From assembly GCF_023256255.1 (NCBI RefSeq), contig NZ_JAGDXD010000055.1, positions 37,500 to 69,499 on the forward strand: DNA of 32,000 nt. Direction: 5' to 3'. Below the pieces are notes generated by a model, which was given only the letters and a program-made list of their open reading frames with translations, had not been told where the DNA came from and ran no database searches. Of this stretch, positions 24,242-32,000 are shown piece by piece (the first letter of the stretch is position 1; each line of letters opens with the position of its first letter). Both the position numbers and the translations under genes were made by a program. This DNA comes from Caldivirga sp. Lineage in GTDB: Archaea; Thermoproteota; Thermoprotei; Thermoproteales; Thermocladiaceae.

Positions 24242-25936
24242 TTATTGAATCCTAGGTAACGTTACTGCACCCATTGATGCTGATGATACTAGTGAGGCGT
24301 ACTTAGCCAGTAACCCACTGTTGTACCTTGGCGTCGGAGGCTGCCACCTGCTTAGTCTCCTCTTAATTTCTTCCTCAGGGAGCTTCAAGTCAAGTCTCCC
24401 ATTCTCAACATCTATTAGTACCGTGTCACCCTCCTCAACAATGGCTATTGGGCCACCTACAGCTGCCTCTGGAGCAACATGCCCAATCATTAATCCCCTA
24501 GTTGCCCCACTGAACCTCCCATCAGTAACTAGTGCAACATCCTGCCCTAATCCTGCTCCAACTATTGCCGCAGTAACCCTCAACATTTCAGGCATACCAG
24601 GTCCACCCTTAGGTCCCTCATACCTTATTATTACGACGTCACCAGGCTTAATCTCACCCCTCCTTATCGCCTGGAATGCTTCAACTTCACCATTGAATGG
24701 CTTAGCCTTACCCTCAAACTTCATTATGTTAGTTGCAGCAACCTTAACGACTGCACCCTCAGGGGCTAGTGAACCTTTAAGTATCCTTATGCCACCCCAC
24801 GGCTTAATGGGTGTTGACGGATCCTTAACTATATGACTATGCTCAACGTTAGGTAACTTGAAGCTCTTCAAATTCTCCTCAAGGGTTTTACCAGTCACTG
24901 TAATTACTTTACCATTAAGTAAACCAGCCTTCAGTAGCTTACTCATAATTAATGGTAACCCACCCACTTGATCCAACTCAGCCGGCACATAATCGCCACC
25001 AGGCCTGAGTGCGGCTATGTAGGGTACCTTCCTAGATATCCTATCGAAGTCATCTAGTGTTAACTTTACTCCAGCTTCATAAGCTATCGCCAACAGGTGA
25101 AGTATGGCGTTAGTTGACCCTCCTACCGCCATTAAGACTGTTATGGCGTTCTCAAAGGCTTCATAAGTCATTATATCCCTTGGCTTAATCCCCAACTCAG
25201 CAACCTTCATTAGTGCTAAGCCAGTTTCACGGGCGTAAATAATCCTCCTAGCTGAGGTTGCAGGGGGAGTTGCGCTCCCCGGTAAGGCAACACCCAGAGC
25301 CTCCGTTAATGCCGCCATTGTGTTGGCGGTGAACATGCCTGCACATGTACCGTAGGTTGGATGCGCATTTAACTCAATACTATATAACTCATCCTCAGTG
25401 ATCTTACCGGCTATGAAGGCACCCACAGCCTCATGAACGTCCTCAATTGTTAATTTCCTACCACCGTAGAAGCCTGGTTCAGCGGATCCACCGTAAAGGT
25501 ATACTGAGGGTAGGTTTAACCTAGCCATAGCCATCAATATCCCAGGAGTCGTCTTATCACACCCCCCAATGCCAACAAACCCATCAAAGGCATGAGCATT
25601 AACCTGAGCTTCAATCGTATCAGCTATGACATCCCTACTGACTAGGCTATACCTCATGCCTTCTGTACCCATCCCAATGTTATCATTAACCACTATTGTT
25701 GGTACAGTCAACGGTGCACCACCACCAGCCTTAACACCTTCCTTAACATATGATGCCAATTGAAGAGTATGTATATTACATGGGCCAGCCTCACTCCAAG
25801 CTACTGCTACAGCCATTAAGGGCTTAGCAATATCCTCATCCGTTAAGCCAATTGACCTTAGAAAAGCCCTATGGGGAGCATTTAAGACACCATCATACCT
25901 GTCGCTACTCCTAATCTTAACCTTAATGGACACCAT
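24242..25936 (-). CDS. ilvD: IlvD/Edd-family dehydratase (dihydroxy-acid dehydratase or sugar-acid dehydratase)
   Basis: 564 aa. Family hallmarks include CNIH.., GGCDKTTPG (Fe-S cluster Cys region), [24 protein letters not shown] and GHVAPEA. Confidence 0.85.
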   Translation of the reverse strand: MVSIKVKIRSSDRYDGVLNAPHRAFLRSIGLTDEDIAKPLMAVAVAWSEAGPCNIHTLQLASYVKEGVKAGGGAPLTVPTIVVNDNIGMGTEGMRYSLVSRDVIADTIEAQVNAHAFDGFVGIGGCDKTTPGILMAMARLNLPSVYLYGGSAEPGFYGGRKLTIEDVHEAVGAFIAGKITEDELYSIELNAHPTYGTCAGMFTANTMAALTEALGVALPGSATPPATSARRIIYARETGLALMKVAELGIKPRDIMTYEAFENAITVLMAVGGSTNAILHLLAIAYEAGVKLTLDDFDRISRKVPYIAALRPGGDYVPAELDQVGGLPLIMSKLLKAGLLNGKVITVTGKTLEENLKSFKLPNVEHSHIVKDPSTPIKPWGGIRILKGSLAPEGAVVKVAATNIMKFEGKAKPFNGEVEAFQAIRRGEIKPGDVVIIRYEGPKGGPGMPEMLRVTAAIVGAGLGQDVALVTDGRFSGATRGLMIGHVAPEAAVGGPIAIVEEGDTVLIDVENGRLDLKLPEEEIKRRLSRWQPPTPRYNSGLLAKYASLVSSASMGAVTLPRIQ

Positions 25937-26153
25937 ATATTTAACCCTAATGGGTTGTGGTTTTTATGTATTAAGGTAGTATATTTAAGCCCTATGATAT
26001 GTAAAGGTAATCCCTCATGATTGTTCTTCGTTAAATTAAACCATGATTATTTACAATATGTTGGTTAACTTAAATAAGAATTAAGAATACTGATTTTAAC
26101 TGATTAAAAATTCATGGGTAATGTGGTAAAATCTTGGTGGAAGCCCTTGCAAG

Positions 26154-26513
26154 TCATGGTTTCCAGGTTAAAGCCATTATTGAGCCTATAAGCAGAAGAA
26201 GGAACCCTATTATGAAGCCACCCATTAGGGCTGTGAAGAAGCTTATTATTGATATGATTAAGAGGACTGCACCTATTGCGTGAACCATGCTCTCATTCGT
26301 TAATCCTCCCAGCTTAGCGGATAAAACTAGGGCTACCACACCAATTATGATTCCTATGATGGATAATATGACTATGGGTATGCCTAGTAAACCAATAAAT
26401 GGTATGAAGGTAAACACCGCTGAGAACACGAATTCAATAATCGCACTGACTAGGATTATTACACTACCCGCCAATGAGAATACGTACGCTCCTCGTGGTG
26501 TCTTAGACTGCAT
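26154..26513 (-). CDS. small polytopic membrane protein
   Basis: 119-aa ORF, almost entirely hydrophobic, with about four helix-length segments. No family recognised. Confidence 0.55.
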   Translation of the reverse strand: MQSKTPRGAYVFSLAGSVIILVSAIIEFVFSAVFTFIPFIGLLGIPIVILSIIGIIIGVVALVLSAKLGGLTNESMVHAIGAVLLIISIISFFTALMGGFIIGFLLLLIGSIMALTWKP

Positions 26514-26653
26514 TAAGTCTCTCTTTCAGCGTCTATTTAATAAATATTCGCATACAAATATTAGTCATTTTATATTCACTTAATTCAATATTCAATGCTT
26601 CTCGTTCACTTGCTTAGATTCATTCATTATTTTAGAAGAATTCAATAGGAATC

Positions 26654-27010
26654 TTATCTTATACTGACCGCTGACTGAAGGTAAAGTACATTGTATACGT
26701 CTCTTCTCTTAACCACAGCGAAGGTGAATATGTGGTCTACTTGCCCATCATTAGCCACAGCCCTCACGTACTTAACCTCATCAGGGTTATTGGACTCAAC
26801 ACCATCAATGTTAAGTAACTTAACGTCATTAACACTTAAACCCACGTTACTCAACTGCCCCTTCACGCAGTTTATTATTGAGTCAAAAGCCACACCCTCA
26901 CAGGCACCACTCATGAAGGCCTCCATCACCTTACCGTGAATTAACTGAACCCTCCTACGTAATTTCTCATCTATTTCAGTACCCATAATCTGAACTTTAG
27001 GTAGCCCCAT
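26654..27010 (-). CDS. hypothetical small soluble protein
   Basis: 118-aa ORF 41 nt downstream of the GNAT gene on the same strand. Mixed alpha/beta character. No family recognised. Confidence 0.5.
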   Translation of the reverse strand: MGLPKVQIMGTEIDEKLRRRVQLIHGKVMEAFMSGACEGVAFDSIINCVKGQLSNVGLSVNDVKLLNIDGVESNNPDEVKYVRAVANDGQVDHIFTFAVVKRRDVYNVLYLQSAVSIR

Positions 27011-27051
27011 TTTATGCTTAACTAGGCTTCAAATTAATGCCAATATGGGGA

Positions 27052-28020
27052 TCACCATTGATCAACCCTGTATATGTATGGTCTCTTAATTTCCCCGTAA
27101 TCAATGCCCCCTAGGTTCATCATCATGTACGTGTTTGGTACCTTAAAGACTTGGGCATTAAGGCATTTAAGCTCGTTGGGTTTTGCGTAGATTCTCAGGC
27201 TTTTAGCCCCATTTACCTTAATAATATGGTTAAGCAGAGTTAACGCTGATTCACAATTAATTGACGCGATTTCCTCAACATTAACTACGCCATCATCGAT
27301 ACCGGTTATTAGAGCGTAGGCTACAGTATCAGTACCATTAGTTAACTTAAGCGTGTTTACATTAACACCCCTAGTTAACCTTAACCAAGTAGCCTCAATC
27401 ACTTGATCCCTGACGTAGTCACTATCCCTAACTAACACCCCATCAAGATCATAAGTCTCACTATTGTAGATGCGCAATAAGGCATCTGCATCAGACTCGC
27501 TGGCACTACTAATACTCCATTCCTTATTATTAATCTCCCGTAGATCAATGGCTGGTACTATACCGTACTCTCTAAGGTAAATATCCCTGAACCCAATCTT
27601 CCTGTATATTGAGTAGGCTATGCTACCGTATGTTGTGAATAGGGCTAAGGCGTCGTAATCACCCTTCAACTCATCAACAGCATATTCAAGCAGCTTGGTT
27701 GCATAACCCTTACCCCTGTATTTACTACTGGTGCACACTCCAGCAACACCACCAACCTTAATGATTTCACCATTAAGCCTGATTAAACGATTAAGAATGT
27801 AGAGTATTGATGCAACTTCACTACCATCCTTCACGATGAAGATCCAAGCAGGCTTATAGTAAGGGTACTTGGTGAACAATTCCATTAAACCTCCATTGCA
27901 TGCGTACTTAACGAGACTACACGCATCGTTGAAGCATTCACAGAGTAATTTAAGTGCGAGACATTGTTCATCACTTGAAGCATCCTTAGGTGAAATCTTA
28001 AGTATCATTGGTTTCACCAT
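27052..28020 (-). CDS. GNAT-family N-acetyltransferase with an additional C-terminal domain
   Basis: Acetyl-CoA binding motif A region GVCTSSKYRGKGYATKLLEYAV (R/Q-x-x-G-x-G/A). About 170 further residues form a second domain, an architecture reminiscent of Eis-like two/three-domain acetyltransferases (unverified). Confidence 0.7.
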   Translation of the reverse strand: MVKPMILKISPKDASSDEQCLALKLLCECFNDACSLVKYACNGGLMELFTKYPYYKPAWIFIVKDGSEVASILYILNRLIRLNGEIIKVGGVAGVCTSSKYRGKGYATKLLEYAVDELKGDYDALALFTTYGSIAYSIYRKIGFRDIYLREYGIVPAIDLREINNKEWSISSASESDADALLRIYNSETYDLDGVLVRDSDYVRDQVIEATWLRLTRGVNVNTLKLTNGTDTVAYALITGIDDGVVNVEEIASINCESALTLLNHIIKVNGAKSLRIYAKPNELKCLNAQVFKVPNTYMMMNLGGIDYGEIKRPYIYRVDQW

Positions 28021-28079
28021 TCACTAGTTAGCGTAAAAGCGTTGCTACATGTGCATTAACCAATAGAACCTACTAATGA

Positions 28080-29516
28080 TTAAGGCTTATTCACTATTTC
28101 CCTACGCTGAGTCATGGGTACCCTTGTCCTACTCCATGAGGTTACAATAGCTATAATTATTAATGCTAAGGATGCCCTAAAGGCTATGTGGAGACTATTA
28201 ATGAAAGGATCCATTAGGCTTGGGGTTAATTCTGATGCACCAACGAATATTTGAAAGGCAATACTCCTCGGTATTGCTGATGACGACACAATTATTGCAA
28301 TTATGAAGCTAAGCATCATCCCAATGTTACCTATAGTCCTATTAGTCCCTGAGGCTATACCATACATGCTGGATGGCACGTCTAACATAACCATTTTGCC
28401 GTTAGATGCGAAGAACATAGCGGCCCCAACGCCGCTTATTGATGATATTAAGACTACGTAGTATAGGGGTGTTGTTAACGTGAGGAGTGTGTCATATAGT
28501 ACGTAGGCTATGGCCTGGAGCGTTAAACCTATGGAGGCCACAACCCTTGTATCGAATCTATCAGCTAACCTACCACCCAAGGCCGCTGATAGTGAACCCA
28601 GTAGGTAGCCTGGTATTAGCCATAGAGAAGCCTCGAATGGGTTAAGCCCCCTCACGCCCTGCAGATACATTATTACCAGGAATAACACGGCGTAATTAGC
28701 CATGAATTGGAAGAAGTAGGATAGGCTTGATAGCGTGAACATTCTTATCCTAAATAGGTTTAAACCAATTAATGGGTACTTAGCCCTGGACTCTATAAGT
28801 AGGAATGAGGCTAAGAACACTGAGGCAATGGTTAACATTAAGCCCACGGTACTGTTATAACCAACTCCAGCATAAGTTATTCCAGCCATTGAGTAAAGCC
28901 CGAGGGATAGGCCTAGGGTTACTGAGCCGGGAATATCGAAGCCTTGCTGTGTTTTAATGCCCTTATCCTTAAGGTATATTAAACCCATTATAAAGGCGAT
29001 TACAGCTATGGGTACATTAATGTAAAATATCCATCTCCAACCTATGAAGGTAGTTATCACGCCACCGATTAATATACCAGCAACTGCCCCGAAATTCCAA
29101 CCCATACTAGTCGTACCGAATACAAACCCCCTCTTATTCGCTGGGAAGTAATCACTGGCTATAGCCATAGTGTTACTTGTCATTAGTGAACCACCGAGGG
29201 CTTGAATAGTCCTAAACCCTATTAATTCTACTGCATTTTGTGATAATCCGCATAATGCACTGCCAACACCGAATAGAATTATACCTAGGTTAAACATTAT
29301 TGCCCTACCCTTTATGTCACCCAACTTACCTAGTTGCGTTGAGAATATTGTTACGGCTAATATGTATATTAAGATGATCCATATTAATGTGGATAAGTTA
29401 GTATGCAGAGCCGTGAGCATTACAGGTAATGCCAACACTACTATGGTACTATCTAGGGCTACCATGAATGAGGCTAACGTTAATAGAAGCAGTGCAATAA
29501 ATTGAACCTTATCCAT
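28080..29516 (-). CDS. MFS transporter, 14-TM drug:H+ antiporter-like (EmrB/QacA-type)
   Basis: 478 aa with about 14 hydrophobic segments. MFS motif-A-like GKLGDIKGR after TM2 and LGGRLADRFDTR in the second half. N-terminal LDSTIVVLALP is typical of DHA2-type transporters. Confidence 0.85.
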   Translation of the reverse strand: MDKVQFIALLLLTLASFMVALDSTIVVLALPVMLTALHTNLSTLIWIILIYILAVTIFSTQLGKLGDIKGRAIMFNLGIILFGVGSALCGLSQNAVELIGFRTIQALGGSLMTSNTMAIASDYFPANKRGFVFGTTSMGWNFGAVAGILIGGVITTFIGWRWIFYINVPIAVIAFIMGLIYLKDKGIKTQQGFDIPGSVTLGLSLGLYSMAGITYAGVGYNSTVGLMLTIASVFLASFLLIESRAKYPLIGLNLFRIRMFTLSSLSYFFQFMANYAVLFLVIMYLQGVRGLNPFEASLWLIPGYLLGSLSAALGGRLADRFDTRVVASIGLTLQAIAYVLYDTLLTLTTPLYYVVLISSISGVGAAMFFASNGKMVMLDVPSSMYGIASGTNRTIGNIGMMLSFIIAIIVSSSAIPRSIAFQIFVGASELTPSLMDPFINSLHIAFRASLALIIIAIVTSWSRTRVPMTQRREIVNKP

Positions 29517-29574
29517 ATTGATTCAGCATAGGTTAGTCTTTTAAAGGTTACTCAGTTACCTCATTAAAATTAAC

Positions 29575-30288
29575 CTATACGTAATAATAGTCCCATGGTT
29601 CCTCATCACTCCTGAAGACTAAGCAACCATAATTATCGCACTGTATTGAGGCGTAGGGGTTACCTGTTGTCTTATCCCTCACGTCACTCATTGCTGGTAA
29701 TTTAACACCTATAATGGATTCAATCTCCTTAGTAATCTCATCAACATAATCATCATTAATTACTAAGTCACTCAATCTAAGATTATGGAGCCTTACGAGT
29801 AGGGTGGATAATTTACCGTTTACCTTTTTGGCTAAGTCTAAGTCATCCAGGGTTGGCGCATCAATGGCCTTATACACTGCAGTTAACTTAACAGCATGGT
29901 AAGCGTTATTAAGGGCCCATGTTAAGTTACCGAGCAGTGTATTCTCGTACAGTAGCGCTATGTTGTTGAGTATTAGTTGCCTAAGTGTATCAATGGTCCA
30001 TGTTGTTATATTGAACTTAAGCTCCAGCGGTGAGCCGCAAACAGTCTTGGAATCCCTTATTAACCATATGCATAATGGGTCACCGTAGTAGCATCTATTG
30101 GTTAATGTGTCTACATCAGTTTGAATTAATGAAATGAAGCCGTTAATTTCACTAATCCTTGAACCACCTAGCGCTAGAACATTAACATCACTGAGGTATC
30201 TGGAGAAATCCCTAGGCCTATTTACTGATCCAAATAGTAAAACCGTAGCGCCACTACTACATAATTCATTAATTATGCTACTTAACAT
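29575..30288 (-). CDS. nucleotidyltransferase-fold (Pol-beta/MNT-like) protein with helical C-terminal region, variant active-site motif
   Basis: N-terminus VLLFGSVNRPRDFSRYLSDVNVLAL matches the minimal nucleotidyltransferase pattern hhhFGS-x(9-12)-SD-h-D-h, except the second Asp is Asn (D-V-N). The following ~120 aa are helix-prone, like KNTase/HEPN-type partner domains, but carry no R-x(4-6)-H motif. 237 aa. Confidence 0.6.
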   Translation of the reverse strand: MLSSIINELCSSGATVLLFGSVNRPRDFSRYLSDVNVLALGGSRISEINGFISLIQTDVDTLTNRCYYGDPLCIWLIRDSKTVCGSPLELKFNITTWTIDTLRQLILNNIALLYENTLLGNLTWALNNAYHAVKLTAVYKAIDAPTLDDLDLAKKVNGKLSTLLVRLHNLRLSDLVINDDYVDEITKEIESIIGVKLPAMSDVRDKTTGNPYASIQCDNYGCLVFRSDEEPWDYYYV

Positions 30289-30438
30289 GGGTTATTGCCC
30301 CTAATGGGTGCTAATTAAATTTACCTTAATGATGCCTACGGCTGAGCCTATTGAGTAGTTTTTAATGATGCAGTTATTTTAACGTATTATTATTTAAGTA
30401 TTCAGTTTTGCTTTAAAAGATAAGGAGGTGACTCATTC
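30289..30438. promoter_or_regulatory. divergent promoter region with a 10-nt direct repeat
   Basis: TTAATGATGC at 30326..30335 and 30362..30371. TATA-like AAATTTAATTA serves the minus gene and TATTATTTAAGTA/CTTTAAAAGA the plus gene. Strong GGAGGTGA lies 6-13 nt before ATG 30439. Confidence 0.3.
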
Positions 30439-31161
30439 ATGAGGTTAACTGTCCAGAGGAGTATACCGTTTCCCCGCATAAGCCTAAGTAGGCTCATTAA
30501 TTATTTAATGTACATTAAGGATAATGGAATGGCCAATGTTAATGACTTGAAGGGCTCCGGCCTAGACTTCGGTAAGGGTAAGGGGGACATAACTAGGTTC
30601 TTCGAGAAGCTTGGGATAGTGAACGTGCAGGATAATACTGTTTCGCTAACAAGCCGTGGGGAGGAATTGGTAAATAGCATTAGGGAACATGGAATCATAG
30701 CTTTCCACGAGTACTTGGCAAGCGAACTACCACAGTATAGGCTGCTGATTGAGGTTTTAAGGGATTTAGGCAAGGCCAAGGAAGATGATGTTTTAGTGGA
30801 GTTAAACAAGAGAATTACCTCAGAGTCGCCGGCGGCGTGGGTTAATAAGGTTGCATTAAGGTCTATGCTGGGTTTACTGCAAGACCTTGGAGTTTTAATC
30901 AGGGTTAATGGGGCAATAGCCTACGTAAATGATGGTTTCACAGACCCCTTAGAATGCTTAAGTAGGGTTTCGGTGCAGGTTAATGGGCAATACTTAGTTG
31001 GCGTTAGGGAATTAGGCAACTGCCTAGGTAAGATTATTAACCCATCATCATTAGCCGAATGTGGAACATTAATAACCGCCCCAGATAATACCTTACTCAG
31101 GTTCAGTAGCATGGAGTGCGTAGCTAGGTTACTGAGGACATATCAGGTTAACATTATTTAG
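30439..31161 (+). CDS. hypothetical protein with two tandem winged-helix-like segments
   Basis: 240 aa. Two stretches have a wHTH-like helix-turn-helix-plus-hairpin pattern: LSRLINYLMYIKDNG..ANVNDL...ITRFFEKLGIVNVQDNTVSLTSRG and YRLLIEVLRDLGKAKEDDVLVELN...RSMLGLLQDLGVLIRVNGAIAYV. Assigned by eye only. Confidence 0.55.
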   Translation: MRLTVQRSIPFPRISLSRLINYLMYIKDNGMANVNDLKGSGLDFGKGKGDITRFFEKLGIVNVQDNTVSLTSRGEELVNSIREHGIIAFHEYLASELPQYRLLIEVLRDLGKAKEDDVLVELNKRITSESPAAWVNKVALRSMLGLLQDLGVLIRVNGAIAYVNDGFTDPLECLSRVSVQVNGQYLVGVRELGNCLGKIINPSSLAECGTLITAPDNTLLRFSSMECVARLLRTYQVNII

Positions 31162-32000
31162 GGTGTAGTGCAGTCCATTAATGCTAATAACAACCTTCCC
31201 GTCACTGCACGATACTGAATAATCCTTAACTTGACTTAACTTAGCCTGCATTAACTTACCATACTTAATGCTCACTAATGAACCATCACTCAACTTAATT
31301 AAATCCAAGTGATCCCTGTGAAGGGACTTAACCAAGTAGTTAACGCCACTAATGTTAACTACATCCCCCTTACTTAACCCAATTAAGTGTATTGAGATTG
31401 ACCTCTTCTCAATTCTCTTATCCCCTCTATAACCCACTACCTTACTGGTTTCCTGCATGAAACTCGGTAATTCCCTATGCACGTTAAGAGCTATGGATCT
31501 TGCTAGTCTCTGATTAGTAACCTTTATGTCGAAACCACCGTTAACGTCCTCAACCTTGATAACCCTACCCCTATCCTCACCCTTAGCAAGCGTCATCCTG
31601 ACTATGTCCATTACCTTTACTTTGAATTCCCCTACATCACCACCAATAAGCCTCAGTTGAATAATCGCCTCCTCCTTCTCCATTAGTTCAGCTCTGCAGG
31701 ATGGGCATAGGTCTTTCTTAAACGTTAACTTAACGGTGTACTCCTCATCGTAACTACCGGGTATTAATTCGCTTGCCTTACCCTTAACCTTGATTTTAGC
31801 CTCATCTCTGAAAACCCTAATGTTCATTTCATCAACAATACCCTTAACTCTTATTTTCGATGATATTAACCTTTCAAGACCCTTAATACCCTTACTCCAT
31901 CTACCGTTAATGAAGTATGCACCACATCCATAGCACATGAGTACGTTGACCTCATTTGGTGCTTCAATTATTCTATGGGTTAACCTATAGCAGTCTGGGC
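31129..32000 (-). CDS. NMD3-family protein (archaeal homologue of the 60S export adaptor), N-terminus outside the window
   Basis: The track ORF starts at ATG 31938, but hand translation shows the frame stays open to the window end (…PDCYRLTHRIIEAPNEVNVL-MCYGCGAYFINGRW). This gives the Cys-x2-Cys ... Cys-x2-Cys-G-x-[YF]-x-x-G-x-W arrangement typical of NMD3 N-terminal zinc modules. Confidence 0.6.
   Translation of the reverse strand, partial: PDCYRLTHRIIEAPNEVNVLMCYGCGAYFINGRWSKGIKGLERLISSKIRVKGIVDEMNIRVFRDEAKIKVKGKASELIPGSYDEEYTVKLTFKKDLCPSCRAELMEKEEAIIQLRLIGGDVGEFKVKVMDIVRMTLAKGEDRGRVIKVEDVNGGFDIKVTNQRLARSIALNVHRELPSFMQETSKVVGYRGDKRIEKRSISIHLIGLSKGDVVNISGVNYLVKSLHRDHLDLIKLSDGSLVSIKYGKLMQAKLSQVKDYSVSCSDGKVVISINGLHYTLNNVNLICPQ

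Noticed and set aside
30326-30371. AAUGAUGC ... CUGA ... AAUGAUGC in the NTase/wHTH spacer as a C/D sRNA
   Set aside because: Only 6 nt separate the first box from CUGA, and no D box follows the second copy.
6750-31112. Other track ORFs: 6750..7082, 7296..7595, 8981..9331, 12287..12469, 13934..14128, 14444..14773, 14993..15205, 15719..15937, 16264..16452, 17317..17667, 17936..18118, 20455..20709, 23735..24079, 24321..24836, 26287..26583, 26691..26939, 29314..29505, 30501..30809, 30921..31112
   Set aside because: Each is nested antisense to, or in an alternative frame of, a gene with strong family signatures or a much longer ORF. Their translations are Ser/Leu/Pro/Thr-rich mirror sequences with no motifs.

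Overview
AT-rich, densely packed archaeal chromosomal window with about 36 supportable protein genes, mostly on the minus strand. Core markers: EF-1alpha, ribosomal proteins uS8, P0/uL10 and eS1/S3Ae, proteasome alpha, an NMD3-like protein, isocitrate dehydrogenase, HemB, MoaB and an IlvD/Edd dehydratase. A non-catalytic tRNA-splicing endonuclease subunit points to a crenarchaeon with a heterotetrameric endonuclease. My unverified guess is a Thermoproteales-like lineage (Caldivirga/Vulcanisaeta-like). I saw no rRNA, tRNA, CRISPR array, transposase or integrase. Main candidates for something undescribed: (i) an orphan, visibly AT-richer three-gene membrane module at 1876-6682, made of a ~1100 aa polytopic protein with a sequon-rich ectodomain and a ~580 aa basic cytoplasmic domain, an ATGA-coupled 2-TM partner, and a divergent soluble helical protein; (ii) a divergent pair at 29575-31161, a nucleotidyltransferase-fold protein with a D-x-N variant motif beside a tandem winged-helix-like protein; (iii) a two-gene operon at 18134-19609, a membrane-anchored protein of unknown function plus a TM zinc-ribbon-like protein. 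Also notable: a GC-rich, hairpin-dense intergenic island at ~16578-16722 (candidate structured RNA), a non-canonical C/D-box-like element at 1794-1871, a P0 stalk protein lacking the usual acidic C-terminal tail, and TTAGG-type repeats in the promoter of a DtxR-family regulator. All calls rest on by-eye motif recognition and hand translation; no searches or computations were run.
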